Below, piece by piece: positions 1 to 12,100 of a stretch of DNA of 64,000 nucleotides. Source of the stretch: Nymphaea colorata. Taxonomy: Eukaryota. The notes beneath the pieces are model-generated. The model was not told where the DNA came from. It saw nothing but the letters and a program-made list of their open reading frames with translations, and ran no database searches. Position numbers and translations under genes: made by a program. Position 1 is the stretch's first letter, and each line of letters opens with the position of its first letter. The stretch is taken from NCBI RefSeq assembly GCF_008831285.2, contig NC_045138.2, forward strand, positions 14,446,001 to 14,510,000, written 5' to 3'.

Positions 1-1082
1 TACGTGATGACCTTCTAGCCATGGTATGGAACAAAATGGTTCAGTCATTGTGGTATGGAATAAAGTGGTCCAGATGATAAGGTACTGAAATTTCTAGCTT
101 AACCACTTTTATCTGAACTTGAAAAATAAACTCATCCCACAAAAAATCAAGTTTTTTAATGCCAATAAGGAAAGCAAAAACCAAAAAAGTCACTTAGTTG
201 CATTATTAAAAGAACACTGCACTTCACAGAATTTTAAAACATGTTACGTCAGACAAGGATTGAAATGTCTCTACAGGTTTCGAAACGCCCCAGTTACGTT
301 GACATGTTCCACAACATCTCAACATAATCTTGTTGTAGTGTTTTACCTTACAAAGCCAAAAATGTAAGAACATTGAACTACATCCAAATGCATAGGTCCG
401 ATAGCCTTCCAAACAGATAACCCATTAAAGAGTTGATATTCATGAAGATTTAGAAGTTGAAGAGACCATTTAGCCACAAGGGTAATACAGCTTCGGATCA
501 GCTGTCTCCTCGGCTTCAAAACTGAGGAGATTACTCGAATTGATCCAACCCAAAGATTCATTCTTCTCTACAATGTTGTCTCGTTGCTTACCTCGCTGGC
601 CTGAAGATGAGGCGCAACAAAGAACCCTTCTCAGAAGCAAAATTGCTAGGGGAGCAGCAATTCACACAATGGAAGTTACAAATGCATGTTTTTCATCAGC
701 AACTTAAACAAATAGAAATTGGCGAATCATATCTTAGCTGGTGATAACATTCCTACTTGATATGCCAACCCAGTCAATACAGCCGTGTCGAGATGCACAA
801 CAATTTGTTAGAGGCAAACTCGAAACAACCAGAACTAAAGTGAAAGGAGTTCGAGATAATCTAAGAACCAAGGGATAGAAGAAACTAGGAGGGAGGGGGA
901 AAAAGAGAGAGAGATGATCATTCTCCTTTCCTGCAACAATACACTAAGCAGCTCACTAGAACAAAAGGAGGCATCATCATTTCCAGAAAAAGTAGAAAGG
1001 AAGGCTTTCAACGAAGGATTAGACAAGCAGCTGACATCCATATTTGCGAAAATGAAAAAAAAAAAAGAGGAGATAGATTCAC

Positions 1083-1190
1083 CTTATGATCTCCTCCAGC
1101 GGTCGCGAAACGTTGACCACCAGGTTGAATATCTATGGAGAATATCTGCAAGCCGCCGTGCCTCACCCATCCTGGCTTCTCGGTAATCAT
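1083..1190 (-). CDS. HIRA: HIRA histone H3.3 chaperone, first coding exon (remainder lies left of the window)
   Basis: Encodes [36 protein letters not shown], matching the conserved plant HIRA WD40 N-terminus. It is 108 nt long and ends in a phase-0 AAG|GTGAAT donor. The expected next exon (VRIWN...) was not found in 1-1082. Confidence 0.93.
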
Positions 1191-1212
1191 CTCTCTCTCT
1201 CTCTCTCTCTCT
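1191..1212 (-). promoter_or_regulatory. (GA)n tract abutting the HIRA start codon
   Basis: (CT)11 on the + strand. GA repeats are known BPC/BBR binding sites; function here is inferred only. Confidence 0.4.
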
Positions 1213-2362
1213 GTACTTCAGACTCCCACCTTTCTTTTACCTCCCCCACTCAACAGAGACCGTTTTTCCTTTTCTTGGTTGCCCTAAGATTTCCAAATTC
1301 AATGAAAAGCAACGTCTTGGCAGAAGCCCTCTTCTGTAATTGATCTGGAAGCCTAAGATTGCAATCTTCGACAGATCTACCTATGGAACAACTAAAAGAG
1401 TCAACAGTGCAAAAAAGGGGGTAAATGACCTAAAAAAGCAAAAAAGAAAATCGCTATGCTGGTGGAGCGGTGGTAATGAAAGCACTGGAAAGATGGGCGC
1501 TAAAAAGTTTTCAATACCATAGAGAAACGGCCCACTTGCCACAAGCACCTCTTAAAGGTTTAGCAAGGGGAAAACCCTAGATGGGTATTGAAGTACAAAA
1601 GAATTAAATCAATGCAGAAGAAATCTGAAACGCAAAGTTAGTTCTGTAAGGTTAGAAACACATACCAAGTTGGGAAAACAGAGGAAAAGTTAGTAACATA
1701 TACCAGTTGGGAAAACATAGGGAATCAGGAAAAGGGTGAGTCAGGATTGAAAAAGGCAAACTATTGTCACACTCTAGTGGACAAAGATACGAAAAGCAAT
1801 GATCTGAAAACAGGAAGCCCACACCACTCACTAAGCTTGTAGAAGAGAAATCAATAAAATAGAGACTAAGAAATTTCACCTCTTATCTATCCAGGACAAG
1901 CATGGCTATGATGCTTCCATCCTTGATGACCCACAACAAGGAACAGCACCCAACTCGTACATTTTGCTTTTTTAAGCTCTTGGACTTCTGTTTCCACCTT
2001 GAACAAGCAGGGAAACCCTAATGTAAGATGGATGCGCATGTCTTATGATGGGAAAACGGTCTTGCTTCACTATTTTAAGGGACTCTTTAGAATCAGAATG
2101 TGCCGTTTCAAGTAACCAATGTGGTTTGTGTGTCCCACCTGACCTGACCAAGGTCCTAGCCCGGCTAGAGCCTTTGCCGAGTCAGGAAAGCATATCAGCA
2201 GTGAGTAAGCTAAGTAAGACCAGGTTGACTTGTCAACATTGGAAGGAAGACCAGGCTGACTTTGTTTACATTGGTTAATAAGGTTGGAAGGAATTTGAGG
2301 TTGATATGAGCCAATGTTGTGAACAAAGGATCTTCTTCTAAAAGGGAAATCAAACTGGAGGA

Positions 2363-2365
<3 letters not shown>

Positions 2366-2412
<47 letters not shown>
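2366..2412. repeat. Compound (TA)n(GA)n microsatellite
   Basis: Read directly from the sequence. Confidence 0.95.
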
Positions 2413-2413
<1 letters not shown>

Positions 2414-3049
2414 GTTGTCTATTTTATTTTGTCCATAATTTAATTTCTAGTAAGTTCTGATTTGGCCACAAATGGTAAGTTACTCGATATTGGTTCTGCT
2501 GCTTTTCTTTTGGAAAATTAGCTGTTAATACCACGAGAAGAAGTCCGATTGAAAAGAACTAAAAAGGACAGCCAGAGTCAGGCTTTTACCCAACTAATCG
2601 ACTCTCGTTTAGCCGGACGCAGATTCAGATCTTATTTTAAAATCGAATCCAGATCCAGCTAGCATAAGTTCATATGCTTATACATAACTGAATTGGTCCT
2701 TTTTTTTTTACAGGATCCTTGTTCGAACTGGGAGTCAAGTTCTCTTCTAAGTTGTAAAACCACAAGCGAGATCCATGTTTGATTAAGAATCAGAAGGAAT
2801 TTTGTCATTCCATTTAATTGGATCTTATTTAATCAGATTTGTATCATCCGACCACTTGACAACTGCACGCACACTTTTCCGGTCGGAAGGGTTATGATAT
2901 GAATTGGACGGAAAGATTGTTCAAAATTCGAATTTTAGCTTTTCTTCGGTGCCTCGATAAGGGGAGGCTTTTCACTTTTCTGTTTTTGTGGGTATTATTT
3001 TTCAGTAATGTTAGTTGATTGCCATAGCCCTCTCATATTTTGGAAAGAA

Positions 3050-3980
3050 AACATTTATGTTTATATTTTTGAAAGTTTTTTAATTGGTATATGCATTTTG
3101 AAAAATATTGTTTTGGCACCTACACAAATTTTAAAAATACTATTCAGCCCTTTTTTAAGAAAAGTTTATAACTTTGCAAAACTCTGGAAACGGGGTCAAT
3201 GAGGGGCTTTCAAGGTTTTCCTGGGATGGTATACAGCACACGCTCAAATCCAGAAAAATAAACGTGAGAAAGGGAACATATATGCTACAACACCAACATA
3301 TAAATACTATTCTGCAATAAACCACTTTGATATTTATTTTTTGCTTTTGAAAACGATCAGAGATTCAGAAGTCCGTTTACTTGATTCAGTACTGCTGCCA
3401 CCTGCAAGCGAACATATATATATATATATATATAATGATTGCAATGGATTGAATATGATAAACTCTTAATATACATATTTTTTATGTTCACATGTTCGTA
3501 TTAAAATCTAAACTCAAACATGAATGAAAAAAAGTCGTGGCTGAATGTAAATCCCAAGTCCGATTTCACAAGCCAAATTTGATGTGTATCTGGATTTTAA
3601 ATTCATGCCCGATCAAACTCTACCCACAAAGCAGAGTCAAACCGACGAGATCAGTTCGGCCGTCGAGAAAATGGCGGCGAGTTCACGCTGACTGATGCAC
3701 TTCTTTTTACTCAAATCAAATTCAAATTTCTGAAAGTTACCAACTTCTAAAAGCAACATTGTGTACGAAACAAAAGGCATTTTCTTGGCTTGGCATCGAC
3801 GGAACCGGAGGGCGTGTCCATCCTCTCCTTCCCGGTTTCTTGATTTATGGCGTTTCTTCCTTCTTCTTGATACTATGGCGTTTCTTCCTTCTTCTTGATA
3901 CTATGGCGCCTAAAAGGAGATAAGCCCTCTGGGTCGTCCCGTCGATTACAGAAAAGGAAATGTCACCCAGCCGATTCTTC
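3050..3980 (+). repeat. Copy 1 of a locally duplicated non-coding block
   Basis: Shared strings: gttttggcacctacacaaatttt (~3110, ~41090); gcaataaaccactttgat (~3314, ~41343, ~46101); taaatcccaagtccgatttcacaagccaaatttgatgtg (~3548, ~43321); aaaggcattttcttggcttggcatcgacgg-like (~3773, ~43529). Confidence 0.85.
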
Positions 3981-6900
3981 TGCTGCAAGCGATAAGAAGG
4001 CCTGTCCGCTATCTCGATTCTCACTCGGCAGGCAAGATACACTCACTCCCTGCTCTTGTTTGCTCTGGTTCTTAAGGTTCTTGATACATCTTTATCAATC
4101 TCGCTTTAAGGGCGTCCGTTAGGGCTGCGTTGATGCTCATAGCTTTCTCTCTCTCGGCACCACGTCTTCAATCTGACCGCGTACATGTGCAGCAGCAACA
4201 GCTGAAATACCATCTCGGAGCTCAACACCTTCGCATTTTACTGGTACCCGTCTTTCTCTCTCTTGGACGATCATTCATGGGCACTATTTGGGAATGATTT
4301 CTTCCGTGAGGTTTGCCATATTCAATATGCTTGTTTTGGGTTTCATTTTCGCTTGGGTATATATCTGTGCCGTCTGGCTGAAAGTTTGAAATGCCATCTC
4401 TCTCTTTCTTCCATACGGTATTTGGGCTTGTGGCTTTTTTTGCCCAACGCAACTGTTTTTTTGTCAAGAAGTTAAATTCTTCCTGATATTTAAGCTGGTG
4501 GTTCTTTGTAGCTTTAAAGAAGGTTGCTAATTGCGTGCTTCCAGTTTTTTTGTCTTGGAGAATTTCTGCCGTGTATTTGGATGGTTAAGTCCTGTATTGG
4601 AAGGATCATGTTGTGTAGGCTGAAGCTCTAGATTTTAGCCGTATGATGTTCTATATTTGATCTAATCTCTCCCCCTCTCTGGGGGCATCTGTTTTAAGAG
4701 GTTTCTTGTTCTTTAAAATTATATTTTTCATATAGGGGAAATGCCTTCACCGAGAAATAAGCGATGAAGTTTCCCCTCTTTCCGTTGTTTACCACAATAG
4801 TTTGTATATTATTTTCCAGCGATTTTTGGTGAATCTTCTTCTATGTTGTTAAATTTTGAAAGATAATTGCTGTGGTAGGATGGAGGTGGATTTGCCATAT
4901 GCTAGACTTCACGTCAGGGGCATGCTTTTGTGCAGCTTCTCTGATACCATGTTCCATTATTGAGATTACTTCATGTAGGATTTTCAGTTTCAGAAGCTTT
5001 CTGCAGGAACTTTACCCTGCTTGCATTCGCTTCTATCTGGTTGTTCATATATTCCTTTCACTATTTAAATTCATCCAGATAGGCTCTTCATCATGCACTC
5101 TTTTAACTATAGTGAGGTTCTAAAGAATAAGGTCCATGTTTCTCAAAGAAGCACTTGCTTCTGCTACTCCAGCTAGTAAGTTCATCTGAGTAACCACAAT
5201 GGCACTCCCAACTCTGCTGCCACCAACAATGGGGAAAGCAGCAGCAGCAGAGAAGAAGCTCCCATAGTGGATGCCTTTCTCCCTCATAATGCATAGATCT
5301 TGAAGATCATTGTGTGATAACGCATCCTTGTACTAAGAAATTTGTATGTTTAAGCATGTGGAATTACATGGATGTATATTTCATTTAAGTCTCTGAAGTA
5401 CCAAGAAATTTTTATAGTTTATCACCCCTACAGTACTTTGCAATAAATTTGGATAATACATTGCAAATTTGTTGAAAGGATTGCTTCCCTCTGTTGATTT
5501 TATGTCCTCATAAAAATCCAATCGATTGTATTTGGATATATTGTCTAGATCTATAACTTTTGGTTTGCCGGTGTGTGATGGTTGTTGGCAGCCCTCTCCG
5601 CCCTTCAGTTGTTTCCGTTTGTGGTTTCCTATTGGGGTTTCTCTATAATCCGTTGGGTTTTTCATTTCAGGCTAATGTCTTTCATTTAGGCTCTGCGTTC
5701 GGGTTTTCTTTGAGGTTTTAGTTGGGTTCTTCCGTTGAGGTTGTTGCTGGTTTCTGACATCTGGTTTGCCATTGGGTTGGATGCCTTGGTCGCCACTTGG
5801 GTCGCCGCTATCGCTTTTGTTAGTCCACCACTTCGGTCCCTGTTGGTTCTGTTGTGGGTTGCCACTTAGGTCGTTGTTGTCGTTCTTATTGGGTCTACCG
5901 CCTTACTTCATCCCTTAGGTTGCTGTTGGGTCTGCCGCTTGGGCCGCTGCTGCCGCTTGGTTGATGTTGCTGTTGAGTCGTGACTACTACTTCAGTTTGC
6001 TGCTAGGTCACCATTATCATCTTCAGGTTTGTTGCTGGGTTGTCACCCTCGCAATCACTACTGGGTGCTATGACTATTGTTGTGCATTCATCGCATTTGG
6101 CGTGCGGCTATTCAAATTCCAACCAGCCCCTCCAGAGAGGTTGGGTGTTTTGTCAGGTATTGCCATTGGGTCTCTTCCGATCATGATTTGGCTGCTGGGT
6201 TCTTCTTGTTTCCTTCTTGAATGACAATGCTTTTTATCTATGTGTTTGCAATATCAGCTTTGAACATTAAATTGCTCATGGATGAAGAAGGTGGGCACTT
6301 AAGCTGCCGGGCATTCTCCAACGTGCTTGATACTTACGATTTACTGCTTCATTTCTTTTTGGTTTGTTGGCGGACTCACTGCATGCTAGTGCCAACCAGG
6401 TCAGCGTTTTTTTATCCTAAAGTGCTATGTTCTATCTTCTGCATGTAGTTTCTTTTCTATACGATTATATGCTATATTTCTATTTGTTGTTTGAATCTAT
6501 TATGGGGTTATTGTTTTCTCGTTTAGATGCTTGTTGCATTTGACTTCAGCTTACAGGCACAGTGTAATATGTTGCTTCCTGTCTAACTCTGGACATAGAT
6601 GTAGATGTCGCTTACTGTTGGACATGTATATCTCATGTTTAGTAAGTCTTGAATAAAGTAGATATTTGGGTGGAGAAGTTATGCAGGAAATTAGTAAACT
6701 TGTTTCATTTAAAGCCAAAAAAAAGCTGATGAAATTTGCATGCTGTTCAAACTATATGCTGTAAAACATATTTGAACATTGAGTCACAAAAGCGAGGTTA
6801 GACCATTTTGTGAAACTAAGTTGCTAAAGCGGATGGAATACTATTTTACCTTGGAATATCCATGAAGATTGAAACAAAACCATGAAGGGATTGCCCTCAA

Positions 6901-8750
6901 AGACCTGTAGTGGTTCCACTAAAAGTACATTTTTTGCATGTGCAGTTTGTGTTTCTCTGTAAGCTAATGGATACAGATTGGTTGATTCACATCCTTAAAG
7001 GCTTTTATTCTCATTCCTAGAAATTTTTAATATATATTCAACTTCTGTTCAGAATTGTGCATTTTCTAAGGTTATTGACACTCATTGCATTAATATATTT
7101 GAGGAATGGTATGTTGTCGTTGGTGTTTATCATACTGACTTTATAATGAGATATTGTCAACAAGGACGAAATAAGTGTTTGCTTATCTTTTATCTGTTCC
7201 AATTAATGCTTATAATTTATCGTTCTTTAGTAAAAGAAATAATCATACATTCATTTCTTATATTGTCATTTTTTTTTCATAATGACTCCTGACCTAAGGT
7301 TTTCAACACTTGGGTTCCCAGTTTCTTGGTAGTCTGTTTTTTCTGAATGCCTGCTTGTTCATTATATGGATGCTCACTCTGTAGCTACTTGGTATCTCTA
7401 ATCTTAGAGCTTGATTTTGGATATTTGGTTATAGAATTTATTCTGTCGTTGGATGAGGAAGACGGTATGAAGCATGGCCTCTTTTATGGTTTTTTGTTTT
7501 TCATTCAGCTAGAAAATGAAATTAAATGTTGTTTTAAACATAGTCTAGACTAGGGTTAATATTTTTAAAGGATTTAAAGCATGGGATAAGGTAGAGGTTG
7601 GAATTTTAAAATTCAAAATCTACATTCAAGGTCCAATCCAACTTCTTAAACTCTATAAGATTAGACCTTCTAATCTTGAGCTTTGGTCTAAATCTCGCAT
7701 ACGACATCCTAGACTGGATCAGTGCTGACCTTTGATCCAAACCTTAGGTATGAACTCCCTAATTCAACACTCCATAGGTATGAACTCCTAATTCAACACC
7801 CCTAATTCAACACACCCCATACTGGATAAGATTAGACCTTTGATCTATTTCCTACGGGATAAGATGATGATATCTATGTTCTAGCGGCTTATTCAAAATC
7901 CGAATCCAACATCCTATACTGGATTAGATGAGACCTCTAATCCTGACCTTTGGTCGAAATCTCAAATCCAACATCCTAAACCGAATTAGATTAGACCTTT
8001 GATCTTGAACTTTGGTAGAGATCCCAAATGCTACTTCCCAAACTGGATTAGATGAGACCTCTGATCCCGACCTTTGGTCAAAATCCCAAATCCAACATCC
8101 CAAACTGGATTAGATTAGACCTCTAATCCATGTCATAGATACAAGCTTGAAATCCAACATCCTAGACCAGAAAAGATCTTAGCTGCTTGTTCAAAATCCG
8201 AATCCAACATCCCAAACCGGATTAGATGAGACCTTTGATCCTAAACTTTGGTAGAAACCCCGCATGCAACATCCCAAACTGGAATAGATGATACCTCTGA
8301 TCTTGAGCTTTTGTCTAAATCCTGCATGCCACATCTCTAACCAGATTAGATGAGACTTCTAATCTCGACCTTTGGTCGCAATCCCAAATCCAACATCCCA
8401 AACTGGATTAGATCAGACCTCTAATCGATATCATAGATACAAGCTTGAAATCCAACATCCTTGACCAGTTAAGATCTTAGCTGCTTGTTCAAAATCCGAA
8501 TCCAACATCCTAGACCGGATTAGATGAGACCTCTGATCCTGACCTGGTCGAAATTCCAAATGAAACATCCCAAACCGGATTAGATGAGACCTCTGATCCT
8601 GAACTTTGGTCGAAATCCCGCATGCAACATCCCAAACCGGATTAGATGAGACCTCTCATCCTCACCTTTCGTCGAGATCCCAAATCCAACATCCCAAACT
8701 AGATTAGATCTGGCCTCTAATCCATGTCATAGATACAAGCTTGAAATCCA

Positions 8751-9163
8751 ATATGTAATAACATATGATAGTTACAACATATATGGGATAAATATGTGAT
8801 ATATAACATATATGACATATATTATATCATAACTATATTGTTTTAATATGTATTATAATAATATAATACATTAGTATATGTTACATACAAATGTATCTAT
8901 ATATTGTAATTATTTATCATATAATAACATATATAACACATGTAATATAACACACGCTTGTGTTATGTAACACATAATATATGTGTTATTATAATATATT
9001 CTATACACTATATGTATTACGTATACATGTATAACATTTAACATATAACATATATATGTTATAATATATATATATGTCATAGTATGTAATATGTTATCTA
9101 TATATATAATATAACATATATTGTATTAAGTTATATAATATAATTATAAATATATTTGTTATC
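8751..9163. repeat. AT-rich low-complexity tract within the satellite
   Basis: Degenerate (TA)n/ataacatat sequence with sharp junctions to satellite on both sides. Confidence 0.9.
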
Positions 9164-12100
9164 GAGACCTCTGATCCTAACCTTTGGTCGAGATCCCCAA
9201 CCCAACATCCCAAACCGGATTAGATGAGACCTCTGATCCTGAACTTTGGTTGAAATCCCGCATGCAACATCCCAAACCGGATTAGATGATGCCTCTGATC
9301 CTAAGCTTTCTTCTAAATCCTGCATGCAACATCCCAAATTGGATTAGATGAGACCTCTGATCCTAACCTTTGTTCGAAATCCCAAATCCAACATCCCAAA
9401 CTGGATTAGATCAGACCTCTAATCCATGTCATAGATATAAGCTTGAAATCCAACATCCTAGACCAGATAAGATCTTAGCTGCTTGTTCAAAATCCGAATC
9501 CAACATCTTAGACCGGATTAGATGAGACCTCTGATCTTGAACTTTGGTCGAAAAATTCCGCATGCAACATCTCAAACTTGATTAGATGAGACCTCTGATC
9601 CTGACTTTTGGTTGAAATCCCAAATCTAACATCCGGAACTGGATTAGATCAGACCTCTAATCCATTTTATAGATGCAAGCTTGAAATTCAACATCCTAGA
9701 ACAGATAAGATCTTAGCTGCTTGTTCAAAATCCGAATCCAACATCCCTGGCCGGATTAGATGAGACCTCTGATCCTGACCTGTGGTCGAAATCTCAAATG
9801 CAACATCCCAAATCGGATTAGATGAGACCTTTGATCCTGAACTTTGGTCGAAATCCCGCATGCAATATCCCAAACTGGATTAGATGAGACCTCTGATCCT
9901 AACCTTTCGTCGAGATCCCAAATCCAACATCCCAAACTGGATTAGATCAGGCCTCTAATCCATGTCATAGATACAAGCTTGAAATCCAACATCCTAGACC
10001 AGATATGATCTTAGCTGCTTGTTCAAAATCTGATTCCAACAATCTAGACCGGATTAGATGAGATCTCTGAGCCTAACCTTTGGTCGAAATCCCAAAGCCA
10101 ACATTCCAAACCGGATTAGATAAGACCTCTGATCCTGAACTTTGGTCGAAATCCCTAATGCAACATCCTAAACCGGATTAGATGAGACCTCTGATCCTGA
10201 CCTTTCGTCGAGATCCCAAATCCAACAACCCAAACTGCATTAGATCAGGCCTCTAATCCATGTCATAGATACAAGCTTGAAATCCAACATCCTAGACCAG
10301 ATATGATCTTAGCTGCTTGTTCAAAATCTGATTCCAACATCCTAAACCGGATTAGATGAGACCCTTGTTCCTAACCTTTGGTCGAAATCCCAAAGCCAAC
10401 ATCCCAAACCAAATTAGATGAGACCTCTGATCCTGAACTTTGGTCAAAATCCCGCATCCAACATCCCAAACCGGATTAGATGATGCCTCTGATCCTAAGC
10501 TTTCTTCTAAATCCTGCATGCAACATCCCAAATTGGATTAGATGAGACCTCTGATCCTAACCTTTGTTCGAAATCCCAAATCCAACATCCAAAACTGGAT
10601 TAGATGAGACCTCTAATCCATGTCATAGATACAAGCTTGAAATCCAACATCCTAGACCAGATAAGATCTTAGCTGCTTGTTCAAAATCCGAATCCATCAT
10701 CTTAGACCGGATTAGATGAGATCTCTGATGCTGAACTTTGGTCGAAAAATTTCGCATGCAACATCTCAAACTGGATTAGATGAGACCTCTCATCCTGACT
10801 TTTGTTTGAAATCCCAAATCCAACATCTGGAACTGGATTAGATCAGACCTCTAATCCATTTCATAGATGCAAGCTTGAAATTCAACATCCTAGAACAGAT
10901 AAGATCTTAGCTGCTTGTTCAAAATCCGAATCCAACATCCCTGACCGGATTAGATGAGACCTCTGATCCTGACCTCTGGTCGAAATCTCAAATGCAACAT
11001 CCCAAACCGGATTAGATGAGACCTCTGATCCTGAACTTTGGTCGAAATCCCGCATGCAACATCCCAAACCGGATTAGATGATGCCTTTGATCCTAAGCTT
11101 TCTTCTAAATCCTGCATGCAACATCCCAAACCGGATTAGATGAGACCTTTGATCCTGAACTTTGGTTGAAATCCCGCATGCAACATCCCAAACCGGATTA
11201 GATGATGCCTCTGATCCTAAGCTTTCTTCTAAATCCTACATGCAACATCCCAAACCGGATTAGATGAGACCTCTGATCCTGAACTTTGGTCGAAATCCCG
11301 CATGCAACATCCCAAACCGGATTAGATGAGACCTCTAATCATGAACTTTGGTCGAAATCCCGCATGCAACATCCCAAACTGGATTAGATGAGCCTCTGAT
11401 CCTAACCTTTGCTCGAAATCCCAAATCCAACATCCCAAACTGGATTAGATCAGGCCTCTAATCCATGTCATATATACAAGCTTGAAATCCAACATCGTAG
11501 ACCAGTTATGATCTTAGCTGCTTGTTCAAAATCCGAGTCCAACATCTTAGACCGGATTAGACGAGACATCTAATCCTAACATTTGGTCGAAATCCCAACT
11601 CCAACATCCCAAGCCGGATTAGATGAGACTTCTGATCTTGAACTTTGGTAAAATTTCGCATGCAACATTTCAAACCGGATTAGTTGAGGCCTCTGATCCC
11701 GACCTTTGGTTGAAATCCCAAATCCAACATCCGAAACTGGATTAGATCAGACCTCTAATCCATTTCATAGATACAAGCTTGAAATTCAACATCCTAGAAC
11801 GGATAAGATCTTAGCTGCTTGTTCAAAATCCGAATCCAACATCCCTTGCCGGATTAGATGAGATCTCTGATCCTAACCTTTGGTCGAAATCCCAAAGCCA
11901 ACTTCCCAAACCGGATTAGATGAGACCTTTGATCCTGAACTTTGGTCGAAATCCTGCATGCAACATCCCAAACTGGATTAGATGAGACCTTTGATCCTGA
12001 CCTTTCGTCGAGACCTCAAATCCAACATCCCAAACTGGATTAGATCAGGCCTCTAATCCATGTCATAGATACAAGCTTGAAATCCAACATCCTAGACCAG

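Noticed and set aside
343..561. ORF as HIRA exon 2
   Set aside because: No resemblance to the expected VRIWN..LATLRDHFGSVNCVRW sequence.
5160..5296. Coding-like stretch (SNHNGTPNSAATNNGESSSSREEAPIVDAFLPHNA*)
   Set aside because: Too short and not recognisable; would need BLASTX.
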